DNA of 64,000 bases from Octopus bimaculoides (taxonomy: Eukaryota). The translations under genes were made by a program, and so were the position numbers. The notes beneath the pieces were generated by a model, which was given only the letters and a program-made list of their open reading frames with translations, did not search any database and was not told where the DNA came from. Where the stretch lies: assembly GCF_001194135.2 (NCBI RefSeq), contig NC_068987.1, forward strand, positions 24,393,587-24,457,586, written 5' to 3'. Numbering within the stretch: the first letter of the stretch is position 1; the number at the start of each line of letters is the position of its first letter. This document shows positions 39,452 through 51,335 of this stretch, one piece after another.

Positions 39452-39457
39452 TTTATT
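39452..39457 (-). terminator. Putative poly(A) signal of ZNF-4
   Basis: aacattttgtAATAAAtg on minus strand, homologous to ZNF-1. Confidence 0.6.
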
Positions 39458-39838
39458 ACAAAATGTTATTAGTTATAGAAAATATTTTACTATAGATATC
39501 ACATAGATATGATTTATCGCTTGTGTGGATACATTTGTGCGGAGTTAAATCACTACTTCCAAAAAATATTACAGTTGTACAGTTATTTTCTTTGCAAATA
39601 TGTTGGTGCCAAGAGAAATGATCACTTTGTGAGGATGTTTTACCACAAACGTCAGTGTAGTAATGTCCTTTCACGTGTATGAATATAATGAATATATTTG
39701 TCAGAAGACAAAAATCACCACTTCTAGAAAATATTATTATACTATAGTGTTGTGACAGTCTTTCTCCTGTGTGGATACATATGTGGGAAGATAAACAGTC
39801 AATTGAAGAAAATGTTTTTTTTCACAAATATCACAATG

Positions 39839-41086
39839 TTATAGACTTTCTTCTGAATGAATACGTTTGTGTTGGTTTAAATTACTATTTTGAGTGAATG
39901 TTTGGCCACATATATCACAGTGGTATGGTTTTTCACCTGTATGAATACGTTTGTGTCGAGATAAATGACTATTTGTAGAGAATTTTTTATCACAGATATC
40001 ACATTGATATGGTTTTTCTCCTGTGTGAATACGTTTATGTTTAAATAAACTACCGCTTTGAGTGAAAGTTGCACCACAGATATCACAGCGGTAGGGTCTT
40101 TCTCCTGTGTGAGTACGTATGTGGGAAGATAAATTACTACTTGTATAAAATTTCTTATCACAGATATCACATTTGTATGGTTTCTCTCCAGTGTGAAGAC
40201 GTTTGTGTTTAGATAAGATACCATTTTGAGAGAATGTTTTACCACAGACATCACATACATATGGCCTTTCACCTGAATGAATATGTTTGTGCAAAGATAA
40301 TTCACCACTTCTAGAGAATGTTTTTCCACAAATATCACAGTAATATGGTTTTTCACCTGTGTGCGTACGCTTGTGGCTAGACAAATAATCACTTCTAGAA
40401 AATGTTTTACCACATATATCACAGTAATATGGCTTTTCTCCAGTGTGAATAAATTTGTGTGAAGACAAATGATCACTTCTAGTAAATGTTTTACCACATA
40501 TATCACAGTGATATGGTTTTTCTCTTTTGTGGCAACGTCTATGGGAAGATAGTTCATCAAGTGTTGAAAACCTTTCACTACAAATATCACAGTTGTATGG
40601 TTTTTCTCCTGTGTGTATGCGTTTGTGTTTTGATAAACTACGACTTCCAGAATATGTTTCACCACAAATATCACAATGGTATGGTCTTTCTCCTGTGTGG
40701 ATTAATTTGTGAGAAGACAGCTGACCACTTCTGGAAAATGTTTTACTACAGGTATCACACTGGTAAGGTCTTTCTCCTGTTTGAACACATATGTGTGAAG
40801 ACAAATGATCTTTTGTAGAAAATGTTTCATCACAGATATAACATTGGTATAGTTTATCTCTTGTGTGAATATCTTTGTGGCGAATTAACAAATTGCTGCT
40901 GGTGAACTGTTTATTACAAACTTCACACTGGTACAGCTTAGAGGATGAGTGAGTTAATTTGTGTTGTCTTAAATTCTTTCTTGTGAATACCTCTCCACAT
41001 ATATCACAAGGATGTGATTTCTTGTCCAGATTTTCCTGTATAGCAGTAGATGCATCAATATTCTCAGTTTCTGCTTTTTCATTCAT
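39839..41086 (-). CDS. C2H2 zinc-finger protein ZNF-4 (415 aa, 14 fingers)
   Basis: Intact ORF with the same leader and first three fingers as ZNF-1 and ZNF-2. Confidence 0.93.
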   Translation of the reverse strand: MNEKAETENIDASTAIQENLDKKSHPCDICGEVFTRKNLRQHKLTHSSSKLYQCEVCNKQFTSSNLLIRHKDIHTRDKLYQCYICDETFSTKDHLSSHICVQTGERPYQCDTCSKTFSRSGQLSSHKLIHTGERPYHCDICGETYSGSRSLSKHKRIHTGEKPYNCDICSERFSTLDELSSHRRCHKREKPYHCDICGKTFTRSDHLSSHKFIHTGEKPYYCDICGKTFSRSDYLSSHKRTHTGEKPYYCDICGKTFSRSGELSLHKHIHSGERPYVCDVCGKTFSQNGILSKHKRLHTGEKPYKCDICDKKFYTSSNLSSHIRTHTGERPYRCDICGATFTQSGSLFKHKRIHTGEKPYQCDICDKKFSTNSHLSRHKRIHTGEKPYHCDICGQTFTQNSNLNQHKRIHSEESL

Positions 41087-42509
41087 AACTTTACTGTTTA
41101 ATTTATACTATCTTCTGTAAGATGGTCTATTAAAAAATAATTCAAGTGAATTTCTTAAAATGGAATCTTATAATTAATGATGAGCAACTAAAAGAACATT
41201 AAAATCATCCGAATTAAAAATATATATTTTTGTTATATTAGTAATCACACATAAGAAAATTACAATTTCATGGTAAATCTTCCAATTTTCATCTGCACAC
41301 AAAATATTAGAGTAAATATTTGTATAAGAATTTTTTTAGAAATATTCTCACTTCAAAGGAAATATTTCACATCCATTCAACCAAGAGTTGTAGATATGGG
41401 CTAACATCAGCTTGATGAAGTTTTTTTTAGTTTTCCAAGATTGACGATCCATGAAACATTTTTATCTCAGTGTCATCAGATAACCTGAAATAAAGACAAC
41501 ATAAGACATAAAGGATAATGAAATATTAACATGTTGATTATTGGAGAAAATAATTGACCACAGATATTGAAAGTTAGAACCGAAAGAAACAGTCAGAACA
41601 TGATTACAGAGAACAGACACTTTGGTATAGATATGTAATAGAAATGAATAAGGACTAAAAGTGTGGATCTTAGAATACCCACTGGTGGATAAACCAAGCT
41701 CAGCAGACCTAGAATATCCTAAAACTATATTTTTCACCAGATCCAAAGCAAACAAAAATTCATACCTACATCATTCGAGATGTTGGTTACTTAATTGAAT
41801 CAGGCTTCTGGAGGTAAAAGACCTATTGTGATTATAGTAACATTTAAATATTTGAGTGAGAAAATTCATTGTAGGACTTGAATAAGTACCTTAATGATTT
41901 TATTAGAGGTAGGGCAATCTTTTACATTTTCACCGTGGACTCAAAAGAATACACAAGGAAATTCATAAATTTGATTAAGTTTGAATGACGTGAGGCAAGG
42001 AGGAACCTGTAGTTTTGGACTAGGAATTCGTTTGAATGAAAAGATATGTTCAAGAAATGAAAAATTCCTTTTCTCTCGAAGTATCAGTTCTAAAACTTCA
42101 GACATTTCACTATACAGCATACTAGTTTATCAAAATTCATCATGTTCACTCTCATCTTTTCATGTTAATACACAACATGGGATACACTGAAGCGATACTT
42201 CTTGTTTCGCCGCCTTAACTACTTATTGTTTTAAAATGTTAATGATTCAGTTACTGTAAACTGAAAAGACACATTTGAATTTACAACAGTAATGTAAAGG
42301 ATCGCCGAAGTTAAATGAATTATAATAAAAATTAAAAATAAATTTCCTGCAAAGTATATTAACTACGGGTTTTAAATTAAGACAGAAATTAGAGATAACG
42401 AAGCAAAGTAAAAATGAGGAGATGAAACTATCTCTTCAATGGAGCAAGAATGGCGCAGATGAAGTAGAAATGTAAATATAAAACAGAGAATGTGTAAATT
42501 ATAAATGAT

Positions 42510-42797
42510 ACTTACATAATATAGTTAATAAAATGAAATGAGATGTACTGAAGTAGTGACTTATAATTGACAGATTTAAAAGAACTTTCATCTACTTCTT
42601 ACAGGATATCTCTATTGTCTTCTTTTGGCTAATGAACAATGATTAAAATTAGTTACAGAAGTTAATAATTTACTAATGACAAGGTGTAAATAAATATTAA
42701 GAAATAATATGTCAACAGTGTTTATAGACACACTGATGAGACATAGCGGAAGTATCATTGTTCAGGTTGGAAGAACTTACTTCTAAGCACTAGAGAG
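42510..42797 (-). promoter_or_regulatory. ZNF-4 5' cassette
   Basis: On minus: CTCTCTAGTGCTTAGAA|GTAAGT, GCGGAAGT at 42746-42753 (plus), donor GTAAGTATCA at 42515. Confidence 0.72.
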
Positions 42798-43075
42798 TTG
42801 TTTACTGCTTATTCCTTTACCTGATGCGCGATACGTTACTGCTTTGCCCAAGATGGTCCAACCGTAGTTTTCTCTCTGCTTTTGCGGTACATTATACCAA
42901 TGACTATTATTCAGCGTGCACTTGTTTTTGTCCAATCCCCACAACAGCTATGATTAGAATGACTTTTATTCTAAAATTGTCCAGCTGTCTAGGATTATTT
43001 TATCCATTGTGTCTACTCCCTTTTAAGACTATAGGATGCGTGGGGAAACGTTTATATGATGATATACTACTTTAA

Positions 43076-43816
43076 CCCATAAAGCGCTGGGATTTGCACT
43101 TACATAGCATGGACTGCTGAGCGCATTTTATAAAAATGAGACTACTATGCACACATAAAAAACAATATAATGGTTGCAAGTTTTATTTCATCTGAAAAGT
43201 CATTAGTTGAACTATTAATCATCTTGTATTCTGGGAGGTACCAGAGTGTTTGAGTAACATTAAACCCAGATCTAGTTCAAAACGGGGGCACCAGTATTTT
43301 CTTAACGAAACACTTTGAAACTTGAGACACTGGTAGAATGTGTCATATAAAACATCTTTTTCTCTTAGTCTTCTTAACTAAAAAACGTACATCGCAAGTT
43401 ATTTCATGTTAAAGTTGTATTTCTGTAATTTCAATCAATGACTGACGTCCATTCAGTCGAATACAGTAAGTGCTGACTATATAAACAAACGATTCTGGCG
43501 GTGATAAAATTATTATTTCCTTGTCAAAAAATGGCTGAAGCATATTGGCAGTAGGGTTAGGGTTATTGGTTGAAATTATCGAAATAAGACAATTTTTTAC
43601 ATGAAATAACTCCGAATACAAAAATTTTTTTCTGTTCTATAACACAAAATAGATAAGTATACGAAGTTTGAAAGTCTTTCGGTACCAAAAACACTACATA
43701 AAACATAAGTGAAAACTGGTGCCCCCGTTTTGAACTAGATCCTTAAATCCCAACAAACGTCCATAAATTACATGCATCTATCTGGGACACGATCGTGGCC
43801 CGTCACACCTTATGTG
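43076..43816. mobile_element. TTAA-flanked piggyBac-like MITE (host of a nested element)
   Basis: TTAA|CCCATAAAGCGC ... ACACCTTATGTG|TTAA; termini match at only 8 of 12 positions. Confidence 0.45.
43269..43741. mobile_element. MITE with perfect 27-bp TIRs
   Basis: GATCTAGTTCAAAACGGGGGCACCAGT at 43269-43295 and its exact reverse complement at 43715-43741. Confidence 0.88.
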
Positions 43817-43904
43817 TTAAGATAGTTTTCAGAAACGAATTTTACATTTAAGATGGAAGGATATTAAAATAAATTCAATAATTGGGAAATAAAATATATT
43901 TGAA

Positions 43905-44395
43905 ATGGTACTACTAAGGAAGAGTGGACCCGACGCGAGCACCCGCGCCAGTCAGTAGACGGACGCACGCATGCACATGCGCAAGTCAGTGACACCCGCG
44001 ATTAAAAATGTATAAACTGTAAATCGGAGGGGGGGGGGATTTTATCTATTCATCTATCTAATAAAACACAAATTTTGAAATAAAATCTTACCCAAAAGTA
44101 ATCATAAAGAAAAGTGAAAATAATGAAATAAAATATTCGAAAGTGAACCATTCTGAAAGATGTTTTAGAATGTTCTGAAAACATTCACCCACCCACCCCG
44201 CAGTTTTCCCTCCAGAGAAACTCAGTTGAAAGTTACTGGAAAAATGCAAAACGCAAATTCAAGAGTATGATGGGAGTACACAAAATCCCCCGAAGGTTTG
44301 TTTTTTGTCGCGGGTGCCACTGACTTGAAAGTGTGCGTGCGTGCGTCCATCTACTGACTGGCGCGTTCGGGTCCACTCTTCTTAAGTAGTACCAC
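43905..44395. mobile_element. CpG-rich MITE with ~90-bp inverted arms
   Basis: TGGTACTACT..GAAGAGTGGACCCGA..CGCGCCAGTCAGTAGA mirrored at 44305-44395; TTAA on the right flank. Confidence 0.85.
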
Positions 44396-45537
44396 TTAAA
44401 ATTCATGTCTATTCCAACAATTTAGTAGGCCTCGTTGGACAATATATATAGACAACCAATAGTAAATAGAAAATAATGAGAAAGGCAGCAGCAGTATAGG
44501 CAATGTTAGATGAATAATGTTATAGTAGATAGTGTTAGAATCATAACTACACATATGTGCCCTTGGTCCGCTGACTTTATTTTTTCGTAACTTCTTGAAA
44601 AGTGAGAGTTTTTTTAAATAAATTTTTCTACAAATACTTATCAAATGGTGTATATTACAATTATGTCAAAATTTGATGTGAAAAATCGGGGGTGGGGGGA
44701 AGAATAAGTCCCTCAACAAAACAGATGAAACAAAGGTGAGGTATATGAATTATCCAAATCCTATCTCCATTTTTTCACATCAAATTCCAACATAATCATA
44801 ATCTAAACCATCTGAAATGTATTTGTAGAAAATTGTATTTAGAAATACTCATGTTTAAGAAAGCTATGAGGAAACAAAGTAGTAGAGTGGGGGCACATAT
44901 CTAGTTATGCTGTGTTAGAAAGACAGTGCTGGAGTAGGCGATATTAAACATTGATATGGTAAACAGACAGTGTGCTGTAAGCAATATCAGATGACCAATA
45001 CACTAATATGGTTGGTAGTGTTAGACAAACAGTGATATGATAGGTAGCATTATAGACTGGTTTAGTAGGTTACTCTTTGATCTGGAAAAATTTCCATCAC
45101 CATATTTTCATTGAGTTCCTCAGTTTTAGAAATCTCAAGATTTAGGTGACTTTTCAGAAACATTGTATAATTTAACATTTCTTCATAAAGCTGTGCTATA
45201 AAACTGTTTCAAGTTGAGACATTTCTTCACAGCTTCTTTATCTAGGTGTTTTTTTGCTTTCATTTTAGTTAAATCATATTTCTCAAGCCTCAAGAATAAT
45301 CTAGATTTTTAACTCAGATTATGGAGATGGACAAATCTTTATTCCATTTCATTATGGAGACAATAGTTTCTTTCATTAGTCACATCATTTCTTCTGTAGA
45401 AGTTTACCACACATCCTTGCCTTTTACACCAGACATTTGTGTTTTTCATTTTGGAGTGTCTCTCTCAACTCAAATCATTGCATAGTTTCAGTCAAGCTTC
45501 AAGCAGTTCACTGAGTCAATAAATCTGTTTAACATAA

Positions 45538-46510
45538 TCATCATCATCATCGTTTAACGTCCGCTTTCCATGCTAGCATGGGTTGGACGATTTGACTGAG
45601 GACTGGTGAAACCGGATGGCAACACCAGGCTCCAGTCTGATTTGGCAGAGTTTCTACAGCTGGATGCCCTTCCTAACGCCAACCACTCAGAGAGTGTAGT
45701 GGGTGCTTTTACGTGTCACCCGCACGAAAACGGCCACGCTCGAAATGGTGTCTTTTATGTGCCACCCGCACAAGCCAGTCCAGGGGCACTGGCAACGATC
45801 TCGCTCNNNNNNNNNNNNNNNNNNNNNNNNNNNNNNNNNNNNNNNNNNNNNNNNNNNNNNNNNNNNNNNNNNNNNNNNNNNNNNNNNNNNNNNNNNNNNN
45901 NNNNNNNNNNNNNNNNNNNNNNNNNNNNNNNNNNNNNNNNNNNNNNNNNNNNNNNNNNNNNNNNNNNNNNNNNNNNNNNNNNNNNNNNNNNNNNNNNNNN
46001 NNNNNNNNNNNNNNNNNNNNNNNNNNNNNNNNNNNNNNNNNNNNNNNNNNNNNNNNNNNNNNNNNNNNNNNNNNNNNNNNNNNNNNNNNNNNNNNNNNNN
46101 NNNNNNNNNNNNNNNNNNNNNNNNNNNNNNNNNNNNNNNNNNNNNNNNNNNNNNNNNNNNNNNNNNNNNNNNNNNNNNNNNNNNNTCAGCTTTTCTCTCA
46201 AGATACTTACACTCTGACGGGTATTCACATTGACATTACACATCCAACGGAGCATACTGGCTTCATTCCTTGCGAGCTTACGTATGTCCTCAGCAGTTAC
46301 AGCCCATGTTTCACTGCCATGTAGCATGGTTGTTCGTACGCATGCGTCATACAGTCTGCCTTTTACTCTGAGTGAGAGTCCCTTTGTCGCCAGCAGGGGT
46401 AAGAGCTCTCTAAACTTTGCCCAGGCTATTCTTATTCTAGCAGCTACACTTTCAGCGCACCCACCCCCACTACTAACTTGGTCGCCCAGATAGCGGAAGC
46501 TATCGACTAT
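45538..46510 (-). mobile_element. Young RTE LINE 3' portion (gap inside)
   Basis: VDSFRYLGDQVSSGGGCAESVAARIRIAWAKFRELLPLL..LHGSETWAV; 3'UTR and (GAT)n tail. Confidence 0.92.
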
Positions 46511-48317
46511 ATATATATATATATACACACACACACATGGTATCGAAGAAGACTGCTCACTTATGCAAACAGAGTCATTAAAAAATGGTTGTGATGGAGT
46601 TTAGGATGTAAAATATATCTATTTTGGGTTTTTCACCAATCATAATTATGTTGCCTCTATCCACTGCCCTCTTCATTACCATCTTACCTATCACCTTCAT
46701 GTGTAATGACATTTTATCTTTCCACATTCCATCCCTCCATTATCAACTATTATTAATCTCTCTTTTGCTATCACAATGCCCGAGGGATGGCATGAGATGT
46801 CCTTACCATTAGCCTTCTCTATCACTAACCATCGATCTCTTTCTCCATGACATCTGCCACTCTTAAATCACCCATCTCTATTACTATCCATCATTCACTC
46901 TATCCTAGCACCACCATCTTTATTGCTATCCATCACTCACTCTCCTACCTTCAACCATGTTTCTATCCATCACTTATCTTTACTGCTTTCCCCATCATGC
47001 TGCTGTTATTATTTTCTGTTCAATCTCTTTACTAACAACCAACATGTAAACATCACTGACTCTCTTCTAGGACTTCCTCCAATACTATCCAATCAATTTC
47101 ATCTGGTACACTCATACTCTCTTCTTTCACCCAGGTAGGACTCTTCAGTTTAGTAGGGAATAAGTTAACCTCTCTGTTGCTGATGCTAAGGAAATCTACC
47201 TAGTGCACTCTGCCAAGTGGTTGGTGTTAGGAAAGATAATCAGTTATAGAAACAATGAATAAGGATTTGGCCTTTGTTCCGAGTTCAAATTCTGTCATTG
47301 TCAACATTGCCTTTCATCCTTTTGAGGTCAATAAAATACCAGTTTATCACTGGGGTTGATATGATTGACTTACCCCTCCCCCAAAATTGCTGGCCTTGTG
47401 CCAAAATTTGAAACCAATATAAGATTCTATATCATGGCTTTTATAATTGAAAAGTGACAAGTGGTAAAATTTGGTCACCAAGTCTGTCCAACCAAAATTG
47501 ATCTTTTTCAATGTAAAAATTTTAAATCTTGTAATTTAACCATTTGTTATTTATTCTTTACAGAGAATGGAGTCCCTGTGTGAAAAAAAAGGGTGATGCT
47601 TAGATTTTATTTCTTTTGTTAGTGTTTCTATTATAATCCAAATATTTGTAATACAGAAAAGAATTAGGATGGTGAGCTGGTAGAATTGTTTCCATGCCAG
47701 AAAATATGCTTAGTGGTATTTCTTCTAACTTTACATTCTGAGTTCAAATGCTGCCAGGGTTGACTTTGCTTTTCATCATTCTGAGGTTGATAAAATAAGT
47801 ACCAGTTGAGGACTGGAAGTGATTTAATTGATTAACTCCATCCTCCAAAATTGCTGGCCTTGTACCAAAATATTTGAAACCAATATAGAACAGAATTATT
47901 TCAAAGTAAACTGTGAAAAGTAACATTTTAATTCTATCACTAAACAATTCCAAATAAAGTTTGCATGAACTGGTTACAGTAGTTTAAGGAAGTTTGGAGG
48001 CATATGAATGAAAGCACAAGAGTTTCTTCTGTGTAAGAACTAAGGAACCTCAAGTTGTTAAGAAAAATACAACATAGAAACTTGTGATATTCTTGCATTT
48101 TTTAAGGTTTTATTCTTGGATTATTCACACATCAATATGACAGACATAGGCCATTTGTTTGTGTAGATTCGACAATCTATTTTCTATGATATGTTATGTA
48201 ATTCTTCTGCATAGATTTTCAAATTTACACTACTGAATGATTTATTTTGGATATATAAACAGTTTAACAGAGAGTATGTGTCGTTCTGACTGCACTGAGT
48301 ATGACTGAGACCCAAGG

Positions 48318-50040
48318 TGTTATAGTCCAACACTTTGGTTATTAATTCTGATTTCAAATACTAAATTACTTTAGAGCACGACTAATAATACGTCCTTGTA
48401 TAGAATTTAAAATAATGATAATGATGTTTCGTTTTAGTCGTTAGCAATATCAGTGGTTGTGACAAATGATTGTGATAAAAACAGAATTACTCAAAAATGT
48501 ATTTGTTGTTGTACATTTGATTGACATAAGTGTATCTTTTAATTCTCATCATATAATCTCTCATACATTGAGAGTATCAAGCAGTAAATGAGGGAATAAC
48601 CACAAGAGTCCTAACATGCCCCACCTTGCTTCCTGGTACACCCTGTTGGCTGAAGTCATGAGGGCAAGTCAAATATAATTACCTCCCCTGATACATCCCT
48701 TTAAAGCCGGCGAGCGATTAGGAGCAAAGAGAAAGAAGCAGCGGAGTTCCGCTGGTGCGATCGAGAGGCCGACGTCTCGGCCACGATACGAGCCGCGGTT
48801 GGTACCGCAACGGGGTCTGACCCGCAAATAGTCAATATCTCAATTCACACTCAAGCTATCACTTTCTTACAAAACAAGTCTGCCTTATCCAATACTTGGT
48901 ATTATTTATTCACATATTTCTTGGTCTGTCACTCTGGTTTCCATTTATTTTTCAGTTATAATATTATTGTAACTAATATCTTATATACAAGGTGGGGCAT
49001 AAATACTGTTACAAAATAAAACAGATTTATCCCGACAAAAATTTATTTAACAACCCACTATTACAAAATATGCTTTGCAAATGCCCAAGGAACAATATGG
49101 TGTAACTTTTATTCAAAATGTTTACCTCGTGCCTTCACAACACTACGAAGTCTTTTTGGGAAGTCATCTATAGCAGCACGCACAACATCTAAGGGTATTT
49201 TATCCCAGCACTTGGTCAATTTTTGGTCACCTTTCCTGCATTACCAGGTATTGCCTCAATACTTTTAGCAAGGATTCGGTCATTTTGATGATTGTGAGAC
49301 TGTTGAACTGAATAACTTTTCATCACTAAAGATGATGTTACGGAGCGTGCCATCTNNNNNNNNNNGATTCGGTCATTTTGATGATTGTGAGACTGTTGAA
49401 CTGAATAACTTTTCATCACTAAAGATGATGTTACGGAGCGTGCCATCTTTAATACGGTTCAACAAGAGTCTGCTTCTGCTGAGTCTCTTTTCATTTGTGG
49501 GCGTGGATAGAAGCTGTCTCTTTTGGAGTTTATAGGGTGACAACTTTAGGTCACTTTTGCATATTCTCCGCATAGTCCTTGGCGATGTTTGTGCTTTTTT
49601 TGCCATTCTCCTCATGGATCTTCTTGGATTTCGTCTGATTTTTTTCCCTAACATTTTTGATGAGTTTAGGTGTTCTGGAGGTGCGGGGACGGCCTGATCT
49701 TTGATCGAAGAAGTTTCCTGGTAACGATCAATCGTCCTTTTTATCAACATTCTGTTAATTTTGAGGTTTTTCCTAACTTGAATATTTCAGGTGGACGCAT
49801 GCCCTTCTCATGTTGCTCTATGATGAATTTTCTCTTCCATTCAACAGACATTGCAACAAAATTTTAATATTTAGTTTCTGAAATACAAGAAAACATATAA
49901 TAAACTATCATTTAACTCAAATAAATCATTAGAATTCTTTGAATATTATTATGAAAAATAGTTTTGAACTTTTGTAACAGTATTTATGCCCCACCCTGGG
50001 ATAAACATCACTTGGAGTGCGATCATTTACAACCATAACA
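48318..50040 (+). mobile_element. Candidate solo LTR (~710 bp) interrupted by a Tc1/mariner element
   Basis: Ends TGTTATAGT / ACCATAACA; CpG-rich core with TTTAAA followed by hairpins at 48690-48820. No clear TSD. Confidence 0.4.
48988..49998 (-). mobile_element. Tc1/mariner element (maT/DD37D-like), internally deleted
   Basis: ~29-bp TIRs CA(A/G)GGTGGGGCATAAATACTGTTACAAAA. Transposase KIRRNPRRSMRRMAK..LSPYKLQKRQLLS..IIFSDEKLF, joined directly to the C-terminal RLRSVVKARGKHFE. Confidence 0.9.
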
Positions 50041-50044
50041 AAAT

Positions 50045-50433
50045 GTCACAAGGATGCACACAAATATGTATGTATCATCATCAGAGTCTTAAGTCGACTC
50101 TTCCATGAGTTAGAGGGAATTTGTTGAAGCAGATTTCCTACAGCTGGATGTCTTTCTTGTTGCCAACCCTCACCTGTTTCCAAACAAGTTAATATTTCAC
50201 CAAACATGCAGGAAACAAATGAATGTTGCTTGTATGATGGTGATGCTGATTTACTATCATCACATGATGTCAAGACAAGGGTACACTCACACATACATTA
50301 CACACACACACATATATATATACACACACAAGGAGTGTATGAAAAGTTTTGAGCCTTGAAGTCTTGTACCTTCATCAGAAATCTTGCATCAGGTTTTGTT
50401 TTTTTGAGGCTCAAGACTTTTCATACACACCTC

Positions 50434-50476
<43 letters not shown>

Positions 50477-50590
50477 TACATACATACTCATGATGGGCTA
50501 TTTTCATTTTCAGTCCCTGCATAGTAGGGCTGAACCAAAGATCACATGGTTAGGAAACAAATCTCTCAAACACAGCTACACCTATACACA
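50045..50590 (-). mobile_element. SINE type C (type-B-like tRNA head, microsatellite, RTE-like 3' tail)
   Basis: Minus-strand head gtagctgtgtttgagagatttgtttcctaaccatgtg; tail catccagctgtaggaaa..gatgatg. Related copies at 3400-3710, 29170-29370, 29780-30110, 31130-31430, 62060-62410. Confidence 0.7.
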
Positions 50591-51335
50591 TAGCTGAGCA
50601 CAATATGGTGAGCTTCATTCAGTTTCTTTTTACCAAATCCATTCATCAGGTTTTGGTCAGCCTATATTAGAAATAATTATTAATTAAATACTAGAGTTGG
50701 TGGTATTGACTAACACCACCTGCCAAATTACTGGCCTTTTGCCTAATTCAAAAATAATTAGATGTGCACTAAATGACAGAAAACATTATTGCTGACAGTT
50801 ACCAATACAGAGTGCTCAGAACAAATGAAAAACAACACAAATTGATATTTCAAGGTTTTATTTTAATGAAGTTGTATTTTGTATAATTCTACAAATTTTC
50901 TCATACTTGTGACAGTTTACTCTAAAAGTAGTGGGTTAACTACTTGAATATTCTAGTAGGCAGATTGTCATTTAAAGTTCCGTTTGAACTAATTTAAATA
51001 TTATTTTATAATATTTAAGAATATATATGGTGTTTACATCTAAGCAGAAAGTATTATCACGTATATCATTGTTATAGCCATGTGAGTCGTGTGAATATTT
51101 TTATGATCCTTTAGCTATCATATCTCCTTTGTAAAAACACATTTTTACAAGGGAAAATATTATGAGAAATTAGAGTTTTACACTACAATACACTGATATA
51201 TATTTTACTTGCTGTACTCCTAATGTAAATAAAAGAACAAATTTATGGCAAAAGTGATACTTATTTGTAAAATTCCTCAACATAGTTTCTTACAAGAGAA
51301 AACATTTATCATTCAATGACAGTATAATGCAGATG

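Noticed and set aside
37500-47110. Strand-asymmetric purine/pyrimidine-rich tracts (10460-10830, 37500-37980, 46600-47110)
   Set aside because: Possibly very old Penelope or L2 remnants, but no convincing motif.
49273-49448. 83-bp direct duplication around a 10-N gap
   Set aside because: Classic overlapping contig ends.
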